Shown: piece by piece, positions 43,801 through 54,689 of the stretch
Layout of the letters: each line of letters starts with the position of its first letter
Numbering within the stretch: the stretch's first letter is position 1
Source: Eledone cirrhosa
Lineage: Eukaryota
Reading direction: 5' to 3'
DNA: 64,000 bases
NCBI GenBank assembly: GCA_964016885.1
Contig: OZ024740.1
Span: forward strand, 7,254,001-7,318,000
The notes under the pieces: model-generated
Told to the model about the DNA's origin: nothing
Databases searched by the model: none
What the model saw: only the letters and a program-made list of their open reading frames with translations
Program-made: the position numbers and the translations under genes

Positions 43801-46800
43801 GTTAAATTATGCCCAATTTTTTCTCGATTCTTCTCTCCATTCGAACCCATTCATTCAATCACTTCTATGTCCTAAATTCACACTATATCATATTTTCACC
43901 ATTATATATCATATCTTTTCTCTAAAAATCATATTTTCCCTATCACCGCATTTTCTCTATCGTAATTTCTTAAACAAAACAAATCTTGTATTTTCGTTTA
44001 TTGTTAAATTATGCCCAATTTTTTCTCGATTCTTCTCTCCATTCGAACCCATTCATTCAATCACTTCTATGTCCTAAATTCACACTATATCATATTTTCA
44101 CCATTATATATCATATCTTTTCTCTAAAAATCATATTTTCCCTATCACCGCATTTTCTCTATCGTAATTTCTTAAACAAAACAAATCTTGTATTTTCGTT
44201 TATTGTTAAATTATGCCCAATTTTTTCTCGATTCTTCTCTCCATTCGAACCCATTCATTCAATCACTTCTATGTCCTAAATTCACACTATATCATATTTT
44301 CACCATTATATATCATATCTTTTCTCTAAAAATCATATTTTCCCTATCACCGCATTTTCTCTATCGTAATTTCTTAAACAAAACAAATCTTGTATTTTCG
44401 TTTATTGTTAAATTATGCCCAATTTTTTCTCGATTCTACTCTCCATTCGAACCCATTCATTCAATCACTTCTATGTCCTAAATTCACACTATATCATATT
44501 TTCACCATTATATATCATATCTTTTCTCTAAAAATCATATTTTCCCTATCACCGCATTTTCTCTATCGTAATTTCTTAAACAAAACAAATCTTGTATTTT
44601 CGTTTATTGTTAAATTATGCCCAATTTTTTCTCGATTCTTCTCTCCATTCGAACCCATTCATTCAATCACTTCTATGTCCTAAATTCACACTATATCATA
44701 TTTTCACCATTATATATCATATCTTTTCTCTAAAAATCATATTTTCTCTATCGTAATTTCTTAAACAAAACAAATCTTGTATTTTCGTTTATTGTTAAAT
44801 TATGCCCAATTTTTTCTCGATTCTTCTCTCCATTCGAACCCATTCATTCAATCACTTCTATGTCCTAAATTCACACTATATCATATTTTCACCATTATAT
44901 ATCATATCTTTTCTCTAAAAATCATATTTTCCCTATCACCGCATTTTCTCTATCGTAATTTCTTAAACAAAACAAATCTTGTATTTTCGTTTATTGTTAA
45001 ATTATGCCCAATTTTTTCTCGATTCTTCTCTCCATTCGAACCCATTCATTCAATCACTTCTATGTCCTAAATTCACACTATATCATATTTTCACCATTAT
45101 ATATCATATCTTTTCTCTAAAAATCATATTTTCCCTATCACCGCATTTTCTCTATCGTAATTTCTTAAACAAAACAAATCTTGTATTTTCGTTTATTGTT
45201 AAATTATGCCCAATTTTTTCTCGATTCTTCTCTCCATTCGAACCCATTCATTCAATCACTTCTATGTCCTAAATTCACACTATATCATATTTTCACCATT
45301 ATATATCATATCTTTTCTCTAAAAATCATATTTTCCCTATCACCGCATTTTCTCTATCGTAATTTCTTAAACAAAACAAATCTTGTATTTTCGTTTATTG
45401 TTAAATTATGCCCAATTTTTTCTCGATTCTTCTCTCCATTCGAACCCATTCATTCAATCACTTCTATGTCCTAAATTCACACTATATCATATTTTCACCA
45501 TTATATATCATATCTTTTCTCTAAAAATCATATTTTCCCTATCACCGCATTTTCTCTATCGTAATTTCTTAAACAAAACAAATCTTGTATTTTCGTTTAT
45601 TGTTAAATTATTCCCAATTTTTTCTCGATTCTTCTCTCCATTCGAACCCATTCATTCAATCACTTCTATGTCCTAAATTCACACTATATCATATTTTCAC
45701 CATTATATATCATATCTTTTCTCTAAAAATCATATTTTCCCTATCACCGCATTTTCTCTATCGTAATTTCTTAAACAAAACAAATCTTGTATTTTCGTTT
45801 ATTGTTAAATTATGCCCAATTTTTTCTCGATTCTACTCTCCATTCGAACCCATTCATTCAATCACTTCTAGGTCCTAAATTCACACTATATCATATTTTC
45901 ACCATTATATATCATATCTTTTCTCTAAAAATCATATTTTCCCTATCACCGCATTTTCTCTATCGTATTTTCTTAAACAAAACAAATCTTGTATTTTCGT
46001 TTATTGTTAAATTATGCCCAATTTTTTCTCGATTTTTCTCTCCATTCGAACCCATTCATTCAATCACTTCTATGTCCTAAATTCACACTATATCATATTT
46101 TCACCATTATATATCATATCTTTTCTCTAAAAATCATATTTTCCCTATCACCGCATTTTCTCTATCGTAATTTCTTAAACAAAACAAATCTTGTATTTTC
46201 GTTTATTGTTAAATTATGCCCAATTTTTTCTCGATTCTTCTCTCCATTCGAACCCATTCATTCAATCACTTCTATGTCCTAAATTCACACTATATCATAT
46301 TTTCACCATTATATATCATATCTTTTCTCTAAAAATCATATTTTCCCTATCACCGCATTTTCTCTATCGTAATTTCTTAAACAAAACAAATCTTGTATTT
46401 TCGTTTATTGTTAAATTATGCCCAATTTTTTCTCGATTCTTCTCTCCATTCGAACCCATTCATTCAATCACTTCTATGTCCTAAATTCACACTATATCAT
46501 ATTTTCACCATTATATATCATATCTTTTCTCTAAAAATCATATTTTCCCTATCACCGCATTTTCTCTATCGTAATTTCTTAAACAAAACAAATCTTGTAT
46601 TTTCGTTTATTGTTAAATTATGCCCAATTTTTTCTCGATTCTTCTCTCCATTCGAACCCATTCATTCAATCACTTCTATGTCCTAAATTCACACTATATC
46701 ATATTTTCACCATTATATATCATATCTTTTCTCTAAAAATCATATTTTCCCTATCACCGCATTTTCTCTATCGTAATTTCTTAAACAAAACAAATCTTGT

Positions 46801-49800
46801 ATTTTCGTTTATTGTTAAATTATGCCCAATTTTTTCTCGATTCTTCTCTCCATTCGAACCCATTCATTCAATCACTTCTATGTCCTAAATTCACACTATA
46901 TCATATTTTCACCATTATATATCATATCTTTTCTCTAAAAATCATATTTTCCCTATCACCGCATTTTCTCTATCGTAATTTCTTAAACAAAACAAATCTT
47001 GTATTTTCGTTTATTGTTAAATTATGCCCAATTTTTTCTCGATTCTTCTCTCCATTCGAACCCATTCATTCAATCACTTCTATGTCCTAAATTCACACTA
47101 TATCATATTTTCACCATTATATATCATATCTTTTCTCTAAAAATCATATTTTCCCTATCACCGCATTTTCTCTATCGTAATTTCTTAAACAAAACAAATC
47201 TTGTATTTTCGTTTATTGTTAAATTATGCCCAATTTTTTCTCGATTCTTCTCTCCATTCGAACCCATTCATTCAATCACTTCTATGTCCTAAATTCACAC
47301 TATATCATATTTTCACCATTATATATCATATCTTTTCTCTAAAAATCATATTTTCCCTATCACCGCATTTTCTCTATCGTAATTTCTTAAACAAAACAAA
47401 TCTTGTATTTTCGTTTATTGTTAAATTATGCCCAATTTTTTCTCGATTCTTCTCTCCATTCGAACCCATTCATTCAATCACTTCTATGTCCTAAATTCAC
47501 ACTATATCATATTTTCACCATTATATATCATATCTTTTCTCTAAAAATCATATTTTCCCTATCACCGCATTTTCTCTATCGTAATTTCTTAAACAAAACA
47601 AATCTTGTATTTTCGTTTATTGTTAAATTATGCCCAATTTTTTCTCGATTCTACTCTCCATTCGAACCCATTCATTCAATCACTTCTATGTCCTAAATTC
47701 ACACTATATCATATTTTCACCATTATATATCATATCTTTTCTCTAAAAATCATATTTTCTCTATCGTAATTTCTTAAACAAAACAAATCTTGTATTTTCG
47801 TTTATTGTTAAATTATGCCCAATTTTTTCTCGATTCTTCTCTCCATTCGAACCCATTCATTCAATCACTTCTATGTCCTAAATTCACACTATATCATATT
47901 TTCACCATTATATATCATATCTTTTCTCTAAAAATCATATTTTCCCTATCACCGCATTTTCTCTATCGTGATTTCTTAAACAAAACAAATCTTGTATTTT
48001 CGTTTATTGTTAAATTATGCCCAATTTTTTCTCGATTCTTCTCTCCATTCGAACCCATTCATTCAATCACTTCTATGTCCTAAATTCACACTATATCATA
48101 TTTTCACCATTATATATCATATCTTTTCTCTAAAAATCATATTTTCCCTATCACCGCATTTTCTCTATCGTAATTTCTTAAACAAAACAAATCTTGTATT
48201 TTCGTTTATTGTTAAATTATGCCCAATTTTTTCTCGATTCTTCTCTCCATTCGAACCCATTCATTCAATCACTTCTATGTCCTAAATTCACACTATATCA
48301 TATTTTCACCATTATATATCATATCTTATCTCTAAAAATCATATTTTCCCTATCACCGCATTTTCTCTATCGTAATTTCTTAAACAAAACAAATCTTGTA
48401 TTTTCGTTTATTGTTAAATTATGCCCAATTTTTTCTCGATTCTTCTCTCCATTCGAACCCATTCATTCAATCACTTCTATGTCCTAAATTCACACTATAT
48501 CATATTTTCACCATTATATATCATATCTTTTCTCTAAAAATCATATTTTCCCTATCACCGCATTTTCTCTATCGTAATTTCTTAAACAAAACAAATCTTG
48601 TATTTTCGTTTATTGTTAAATTATGCCCAATTTTTTCTCGATTCTTCTCTCCATTCGAACCCATTCATTCAATCACTTCTATGTCCTAAATTCACACTAT
48701 ATCATATTTTCACCATTATATATCATATCTTTTCTCTAAAAATCATATTTTCCCTATCACCGCATTTTCTCTATCGTAATTTCTTAAACAAAACAAATCT
48801 TGTATTTTCGTTTATTGTTAAATTATGCCCAATTTTTTCTCGATTCTTCTCTCCATTCGAACCCATTCATTCAATCACTTCTATGTCCTAAATTCACACT
48901 ATATCATATTTTCACCATTATATATCATATCTTTTCTCTAAAAATCATATTTTCCCTATCACCGCATTTTCTCTATCGTAATTTCTTAAACAAAACAAAT
49001 CTTGTATTTTCGTTTATTGTTAAATTATGCCCAATTTTTTCTCGATTCTACTCTCCATTCGAACCCATTCATTCAATCACTTCTATGTCCTAAATTCACA
49101 CTATATCATATTTTCACCATTATATATCATATCTTTTCTCTAAAAATCATATTTTCCCTATCACCGCATTTTCTCTATCGTAATTTCTTAAACAAAACAA
49201 ATCTTGTATTTTCGTTTATTGTTAAATTATGCCCAATTTTTTCTCGATTCTTCTCTCCATTCGAACCCATTCATTCAATCACTTCTATGTCCTAAATTCA
49301 CACTATATCATATTTTCACCATTATATATCATATCTTTTCTCTAAAAATCATATTTTCCTTATCACCGCATTTTCTCTATCGTAATTTCTTAAACAAAAC
49401 AAATCTTGTATTTTCGTTTATTGTTAAATTATGCCCAATTTTTTCTCGATTCTTCTCTCCATTCGAACCCATTCATTCAATCACTTCTATGTCTTAAATT
49501 CACACTATATCATATTTTCACCATTATATATCATATCTTTTCTCTAAAAATCATATTTTCCCTATCACCGCATTTTCTCTATCGTAATTTCTTAAACAAA
49601 ACAAATCTTGTATTTTCGTTTATTGTTAAATTATGCCCAATTTTTTCTCGATTCTTCTCTCCATTCGAACCCATTCATTCAATCACTTCTATGTCCTAAA
49701 TTCACACTATATCATATTTTCACCATTATATATCATATCTTTTCTCTAAAAATCATATTTTCCCTATCACCGCATTTTCTCTATCGTAATTTCTTAAACA

Positions 49801-50676
49801 AAACAAATCTTGTATTTTCGTTTATTGTTAAATTATGCCCAATTTTTTCTCGATTCTTCTCTCCATTCGAACCCATTCATTCAATCACTTCTATGTCCTA
49901 AATTCACACTATATCATATTTTCACCATTATATATCATATCTTTTCTCTAAAAATCATATTTTCCCTATCACCGCATTTTCTCTATCGTAATTTCTTAAA
50001 CAAAACAAATCTTGTATTTTCGTTTATTGTTAAATTATGCCCAATTTTTTCTCGATTCTTCTCTCCATTCGAACCCATTCATTCAATCACTTCTATGTCC
50101 TAAATTCACACTATATCATATTTTCACCATTATATATCATATCTTTTCTCTAAAAATCATATTTTCCCTATCACCGCATTTTCTCTATCGTAATTTCTTA
50201 AACAAAACAAATCTTGTATTTTCGTTTATTGTTAAATTATGCCCAATTTTTTCTCGATTCTTCTCTCCATTCGAACCCATTCATTCAATCACTTCTATGT
50301 CCTAAATTCACACTATATCATATTTTCACCATTATATATCATATCTTTTCTCTAAAAATCATATTTTCCCTATCACCGCATTTTCTCTATCGTAATTTCT
50401 TAAACAAAACAAATCTTGTATTTTCGTTTATTGTTAAATTATGCCCAATTTTTTCTCGATTCTACTCTCCATTCGAACCCATTCATTCAATCACTTCTAT
50501 GTCCTAAATTCACACTATATCATATTTTCACCATTATATATCATATATTTTCTCTAAAAATCATATTTTCCCTATCACCGCATTTTCTCTATCGTAATTT
50601 CTTAAACAAAACAAATCTTGTATTTTCGTTTATTGTTAAATTATGCCCAATTTTTTCTCGATTCTTCTCTCCATTC
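40841..50676. repeat. 202-bp AT-rich tandem satellite, about 49 near-identical copies (three shortened to 185 bp)
   Basis: Unit ttcaatcacttctatgtcc...cgaacccattca starts at 40841, 41043 and so on. ORF starts step by 202 bp, or by 387 bp across deleted units. The array ends at ...ctctccattc (50676). Confidence 0.99.
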
Positions 50677-53540
50677 CAAATTACAATGGGTTCGGTGGGG
50701 TAGGAATCATGGTAGCAGAAAAGTGGGCAGATAAGATAATAGACGTAAATAGAGTGAACGACAGAATAATTAAAATAAGACTTGTCCTCAATAAAACTAC
50801 GGTGACAGTAATATCTGCGTACGCACCCCAATCCGGACTGCCCCGCGCTATAAAAGACAGATTCTACGAGACACTGATGCTCGCTACCTCCCAAATAACC
50901 GACAGTGACTATATAGTTATTGCAGGCAACCTAAATGGTCACGTTGGACAACATTGTGACGGCTATGACGGAATCCATGGAGGCTATGGGTTCGGTACTA
51001 GAAATGAGGAAGGCTCCAGAATCCTGGAATTCTGCGACGCAAATAACTTAACTATCTGTAACACTAACTTCAAAAAACGAGACAATCACTTGATCACCTA
51101 TAGATCGGGGGAACACACAAGCCAGGTAGATTATATCCTTACCAGAAGACGTGACAGAGTGTCTGTTGTTAACACTAAATCCCACCCCCATGAAGAATTC
51201 ACCTCCCAACATAGACTGATAATTAGCGACCTCATAGTCAGGACGAGACGTACTAGACAGCGAAAGAGGACTATCCTCAGGAGAAAAATATGGAAGCTAA
51301 AGGACCCCATAGCCAGAAATAAATTTCAAAGCAAATTACTTGACGCTTTCGACAGTAAGGAAGAGCAATTAGAGTCGTATAATATAGAGGAACAGTGGGA
51401 ATTCCTGAGAGCAAACCTGCTGACGGCGGCAGACGAAGTCTGTGGCTGGAGCAGGCCTGTAGGTAGGAGGAGAGTAACATGGTGGTGGAACAGTAAGGTG
51501 GAGGAGTCAATTAAGGCCAAAAAGCAGGCTTGGAAAGTATGGCGGGATGGGGGAAGTAGAGAAGACTATCAAGTGGCCAGGAGGGAAGCTAGGAGACAAG
51601 TGTACTTCGCAAGAAGGGAAGCAGAGGAAAGAAAGTTCAAGCATGTTCTAAAACGTGAGGACCAAAAACGTGAGGTGTTCAGGATTGCCAGGCAATGTGT
51701 CAAAGAAAACCGTGATATTGTCGGGGAGAAGTGTGTACTTAACGATGATGGCATACTTGCCATCACCGACGCTGATAAGAAGGTAGCTTGGAAGTGTCAC
51801 TACGAAAGGCTTCTAAATGAGGAGAACAAATGGGAGAAAGACAGTCTCCCCCAGATCGATCCAATAGAGGGACCAGCAGTGTTAGTTGAAGGTAGTATAA
51901 TAAGTAAGGCAATCAAAGATATGAAGACGGGTAAGGCGGCTGGGCCTTCGGAAATAGTTGCTGAGATGCTGAAGGCATCTGGTTCGGTGGGACACACCAT
52001 GGTCACCCGGATAGTTAACCAAGTCGTACAGAATGGGGTTGTTCCGAAGGAATGGCGTAGCAGCATCATCGTTAACTGCTATAAGGGAAAAGGAGATGCC
52101 CTAGATATGAGTAACTATAGAGGCATTAAATTAATCGACCAGGTCATGAAGGTCACGGAAAAAGTAATAGCGCAACTAATCAGAGAGAGAATTGATCTAG
52201 ATGAAATGCAGTTCGGGTTTGTGTCAGGCAAAAGTACCACAGACGCTCTTTTCATTGTACGACAACTACAGGAGAAGTACCTAGCTAAAAGTAAACCCCT
52301 ATACTTAGCTTTTGTCGACTTGGAGAAAGCCTTCGACAGAGTCCCCCGTTCCATTATCTGGTGGTCTCTTAGAAAACTAGGTGTTGACGAATGGCTTGTG
52401 AGAGCTATACAAGCCATGTATAAAGAAACAGTCAGTAAGGTTAGAATTAACAACGAATATAGTGAAGAGTTTAGCGTAAAAGTTGGTGTCCATCAGGGCT
52501 CTGTACTTAGCCCCCTACTATTTATTATTGCCCTTCAGGCTATAACAGAGGAGTTCAAGACCGGCTGCCCATGGGAACTCCTATACGCAGATGATCTAAC
52601 GCTCATAGCTGAATCAATGACCGATCTAGAGAAGAAATTCCAAACGTGGAAGCACGGCCTAGAATCAAAAGGCCTTAAAATTAACCTGGCTAAGACTAAA
52701 GTTCTAGTTTGTAGGAAAGAAAATAAGGCGGCGGTCCCATCGGGGAAATGGCCATGCTCAGTGTGTAGGAAAGGCGTAGGTAGAAACTCCATTTTATGTC
52801 CCAAATGCAAAGTATGGGTGCATAAAAGATGTAGTGGGATCACAGGTAAGCTAACTAAGAACATAGATTTTACATGTGGCCGGTGCTCTGGTGCAATAAG
52901 TAGCAGCAAGTGCCCACAAAATACTAGCTCCTTCAACTGCGCAGAGGGTTCTATAGAAATAGTGGACAGCTTCCGTTATCTGGGTGACAAAATCAGCAGT
53001 GGGGGAGGGTGCTCTGAAAGTACAGTAGCTAGAGTCAGAACTGGATGGAAAAAGTTCAGAGAGCTTATACCACTATTAGCCGCTAGAGGGTTCTCCCTAA
53101 AAATGAAAGGCAGGTTATACGATGCCTGCATACGAACAGCAATGCTGCATGGCAGTGAGACCTGGGCATTGTGTGCAGAGGATATACGCAGACTAGAGAG
53201 GAACGAAGCTTGCATGCTCCGCTGGATGTGTAACAGTAATATACGTGAACAGCAAAGCATAAACGAACTAAGGAAAAAATTAGAAATAAGAGGGATCAGA
53301 TGTTGTTTACTCGAGAGAAGGCTACGTTGGTACGGTCACGTGATGCGCATGAAAGACGACAGCTGTATAACAAAGTGCAGGGCAATAAAGATAGACGGTA
53401 GCCACGGAGTAGGCAGACCCAGAAAAACATGGGACGAGCTGATAAATTCCGACCTCACACGCTTACACCTCTCCAAGACAATGTCACTGGACCGAGACCT
53501 TTGGCGGTACTCAGTAATAGAGAAGACCCGCCTTACCTAA
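50643..53540 (+). CDS. LINE endonuclease-reverse transcriptase ORF, 965 aa, N-terminally truncated; first ~11 codons come from the 202-bp satellite
   Basis: APE motifs GVGI, SAYAPQ, G(N)LNGHVG, VDYIL, SQHRL. RT motifs NYRGIKL, QFGF, FVDLEKAFDRV, QGSVLSPLLF, YADD (52584-52595), KTK, FRYLG. No internal stop or frameshift. Expression unknown. Confidence 0.9.
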   Translation: MPNFFSILLSIPNYNGFGGVGIMVAEKWADKIIDVNRVNDRIIKIRLVLNKTTVTVISAYAPQSGLPRAIKDRFYETLMLATSQITDSDYIVIAGNLNGHVGQHCDGYDGIHGGYGFGTRNEEGSRILEFCDANNLTICNTNFKKRDNHLITYRSGEHTSQVDYILTRRRDRVSVVNTKSHPHEEFTSQHRLIISDLIVRTRRTRQRKRTILRRKIWKLKDPIARNKFQSKLLDAFDSKEEQLESYNIEEQWEFLRANLLTAADEVCGWSRPVGRRRVTWWWNSKVEESIKAKKQAWKVWRDGGSREDYQVARREARRQVYFARREAEERKFKHVLKREDQKREVFRIARQCVKENRDIVGEKCVLNDDGILAITDADKKVAWKCHYERLLNEENKWEKDSLPQIDPIEGPAVLVEGSIISKAIKDMKTGKAAGPSEIVAEMLKASGSVGHTMVTRIVNQVVQNGVVPKEWRSSIIVNCYKGKGDALDMSNYRGIKLIDQVMKVTEKVIAQLIRERIDLDEMQFGFVSGKSTTDALFIVRQLQEKYLAKSKPLYLAFVDLEKAFDRVPRSIIWWSLRKLGVDEWLVRAIQAMYKETVSKVRINNEYSEEFSVKVGVHQGSVLSPLLFIIALQAITEEFKTGCPWELLYADDLTLIAESMTDLEKKFQTWKHGLESKGLKINLAKTKVLVCRKENKAAVPSGKWPCSVCRKGVGRNSILCPKCKVWVHKRCSGITGKLTKNIDFTCGRCSGAISSSKCPQNTSSFNCAEGSIEIVDSFRYLGDKISSGGGCSESTVARVRTGWKKFRELIPLLAARGFSLKMKGRLYDACIRTAMLHGSETWALCAEDIRRLERNEACMLRWMCNSNIREQQSINELRKKLEIRGIRCCLLERRLRWYGHVMRMKDDSCITKCRAIKIDGSHGVGRPRKTWDELINSDLTRLHLSKTMSLDRDLWRYSVIEKTRLT
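52755..52886 (+). other. C4HC3 PHD-like zinc finger inside the LINE ORF
   Basis: CSVC-x10-CPKC-KVWV-H-KR-C-x14-CGRC, located between the RT KTK motif and the FRYLG motif. Confidence 0.8.
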
Positions 53541-53699
53541 ATACAAAGTAAAAACCTACTACAGTCAGTAGGCACCTCTATCAAAACACACCCCCGTCCC
53601 ACCACCTCCACACCGCCCCTTTCAATGTAAAGTTATGTTGGTCCCACAACATCCAGGCCGAAACAAATGAGATCGTGTAGGTGTCACGACAAAAAACAC

Positions 53700-53931
53700 A
53701 CAGTCCACGCTGTAAATGTGGCCGTGTAGGCAACACGGTAAAAACCTCCCAGCCCCACACTGTAAATGTGGTTGGTGTTAGGAAGGGCATCCAGCTGTAG
53801 AAAACCCGCCAGACAGTCCACGCTGTAATGTGGCCGTGTAGGCAACACGGTAAAAACCTCCCAGCCCCACACTGTAAATGTGGTTGGTGTTAGGAAGGGC
53901 ATCCAACTGTAGAAAACCCGCCAGACAGTCC
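53700..53931 (+). repeat. 113/112-bp tandem duplication in the LINE 3' UTR
   Basis: ACAGTCC at 53700, 53813 and 53925. The two copies differ by one indel (tgtaaatg/tgtaatg) and one substitution (ccagc/ccaac). Confidence 0.95.
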
Positions 53932-54015
53932 TATGCGAGCAAGACAACCACTCTTGCCTCAAGTGGGAAAACCCCCGTCCAAACCCATGCAAGCGTGGAA
54001 CACGGACACTAAACC

Positions 54016-54036
54016 TGATGATGATGATGATGATGA
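54016..54036 (+). repeat. (TGA)7 LINE 3' tail
   Basis: ...actaaacc tgatgatgatgatgatgatga, followed directly by tatcagtttc of the 18-bp satellite. Confidence 0.92.
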
Positions 54037-54502
54037 TATCAGTTTCTATTGGTATGTCAGTTTCTATTGGTATATCAGTTTCAATTGGTATGTCAGTTTC
54101 TATTGGTATGTGAGTTTCTATTGGTATGTCAGTTTCTATTGGTATATCAGTTTCAATTGGTATGTTAGTTTCTATTGGTAAGTCTGCTTCGATTAGTATG
54201 TCAGTTTTGATTGGTATGTCAGTTTCTATTGGTATATCATTTTCGATTGGTATGTCAGTTTCTATTGGTATATCAGTGTAGATTATTATATCAGTAACTA
54301 TTGGTATGTCAGTTTCGATTGGTATGTCAGTTTCGATTGGTATCTCAGTTTCTATTGGTATGACAGGTTCGATTGGTATATCAGTTTCGATTGGTATGTC
54401 AGTTTCTAATGGTATATCAGTTTCGATTGGTATATCAGTTTCTATTAGTATGTCAGTTTCTATAGGTATATCAGTTTTGATTGGTATGTCTGTCGATTAT
54501 TA

Positions 54503-54689
54503 GGGCGGTGGATTGGCAGTATCGGTAGAGGGTCGGGCGCCATGCTTTGAAGCATAGAGTTACCTCCCTTTATGATCTGAGTTCAAATCCCGCCGAGGTT
54601 AACTTTGCCTTTCATCCTTACGGGGTCGATAAAATAAAGTACCAGTAATACACTGGGTAATTGCTGGCCTTGTGCCTAAAGTAGAAACA
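54503..54689 (+). mobile_element. tRNA-derived SINE, 187 bp, with 7-bp TSD ATTATTA; probable Nin/Deu-type core
   Basis: TSD at 54496-54502 and 54690-54696, with an empty paralogous site at 56614-56620. A and B boxes present. GGCGG/CCGCC acceptor-like stem. Core GCCTTTCATCCTTACGGGGTCGATAAAATAAAGTACCAG resembles the Nin-DC domain (from recall). Confidence 0.92.
54514..54590 (+). promoter_or_regulatory. RNA polymerase III internal promoter (A box and B box) of the SINE
   Basis: A box TGGCAGTATCGG at 54514-54525 and B box GTTCAAATCC at 54581-54590. Confidence 0.8.

Larger units (their letters stand above)
50677..54036 (+). mobile_element. 5'-truncated non-LTR retrotransposon (LINE), probably RTE clade
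   Basis: Single EN-RT ORF, about 500-bp 3' UTR containing GGAAGGGCATCC, and a short tandem (TGA)7 tail rather than poly(A). The C-terminal RLRWYGHV...GRPRKTW motifs are typical of RTE-like ORFs. No TSD. Confidence 0.93.

Noticed and set aside
40841-50676. CRISPR array or tandem 5S/tRNA/snRNA genes
   Set aside because: There are no unique spacers, no cas genes, no Pol III boxes and no recognisable RNA fold. The context is eukaryotic.
40973-50703. Repeated 97-aa ORF MYFRLLLNY... as a tandem gene family
   Set aside because: It has a TTG start, overlaps the next copy in another frame, is longer than the 202-bp unit, and reflects the G-poor composition.
50589-53992. Minus-strand ORFs overlapping the LINE
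   Set aside because: Short antisense shadows of the RT ORF and 3' UTR with no recognisable motifs.
53541-54036. Self-cleaving ribozyme in the LINE 3' UTR
   Set aside because: Hairpins are present, but I could not identify a hammerhead or HDV-like core. RTE ribozymes are described at the 5' end, which is missing here.
50660-54060. Target-site duplication flanking the LINE
   Set aside because: The 5' flank is the 202-bp satellite and the 3' flank is the 18-bp satellite, with no shared direct repeat.
54503-54595. Functional tRNA gene
   Set aside because: The A-to-B box spacing is too long for a clean cloverleaf, and it continues into a SINE body bounded by a TSD.
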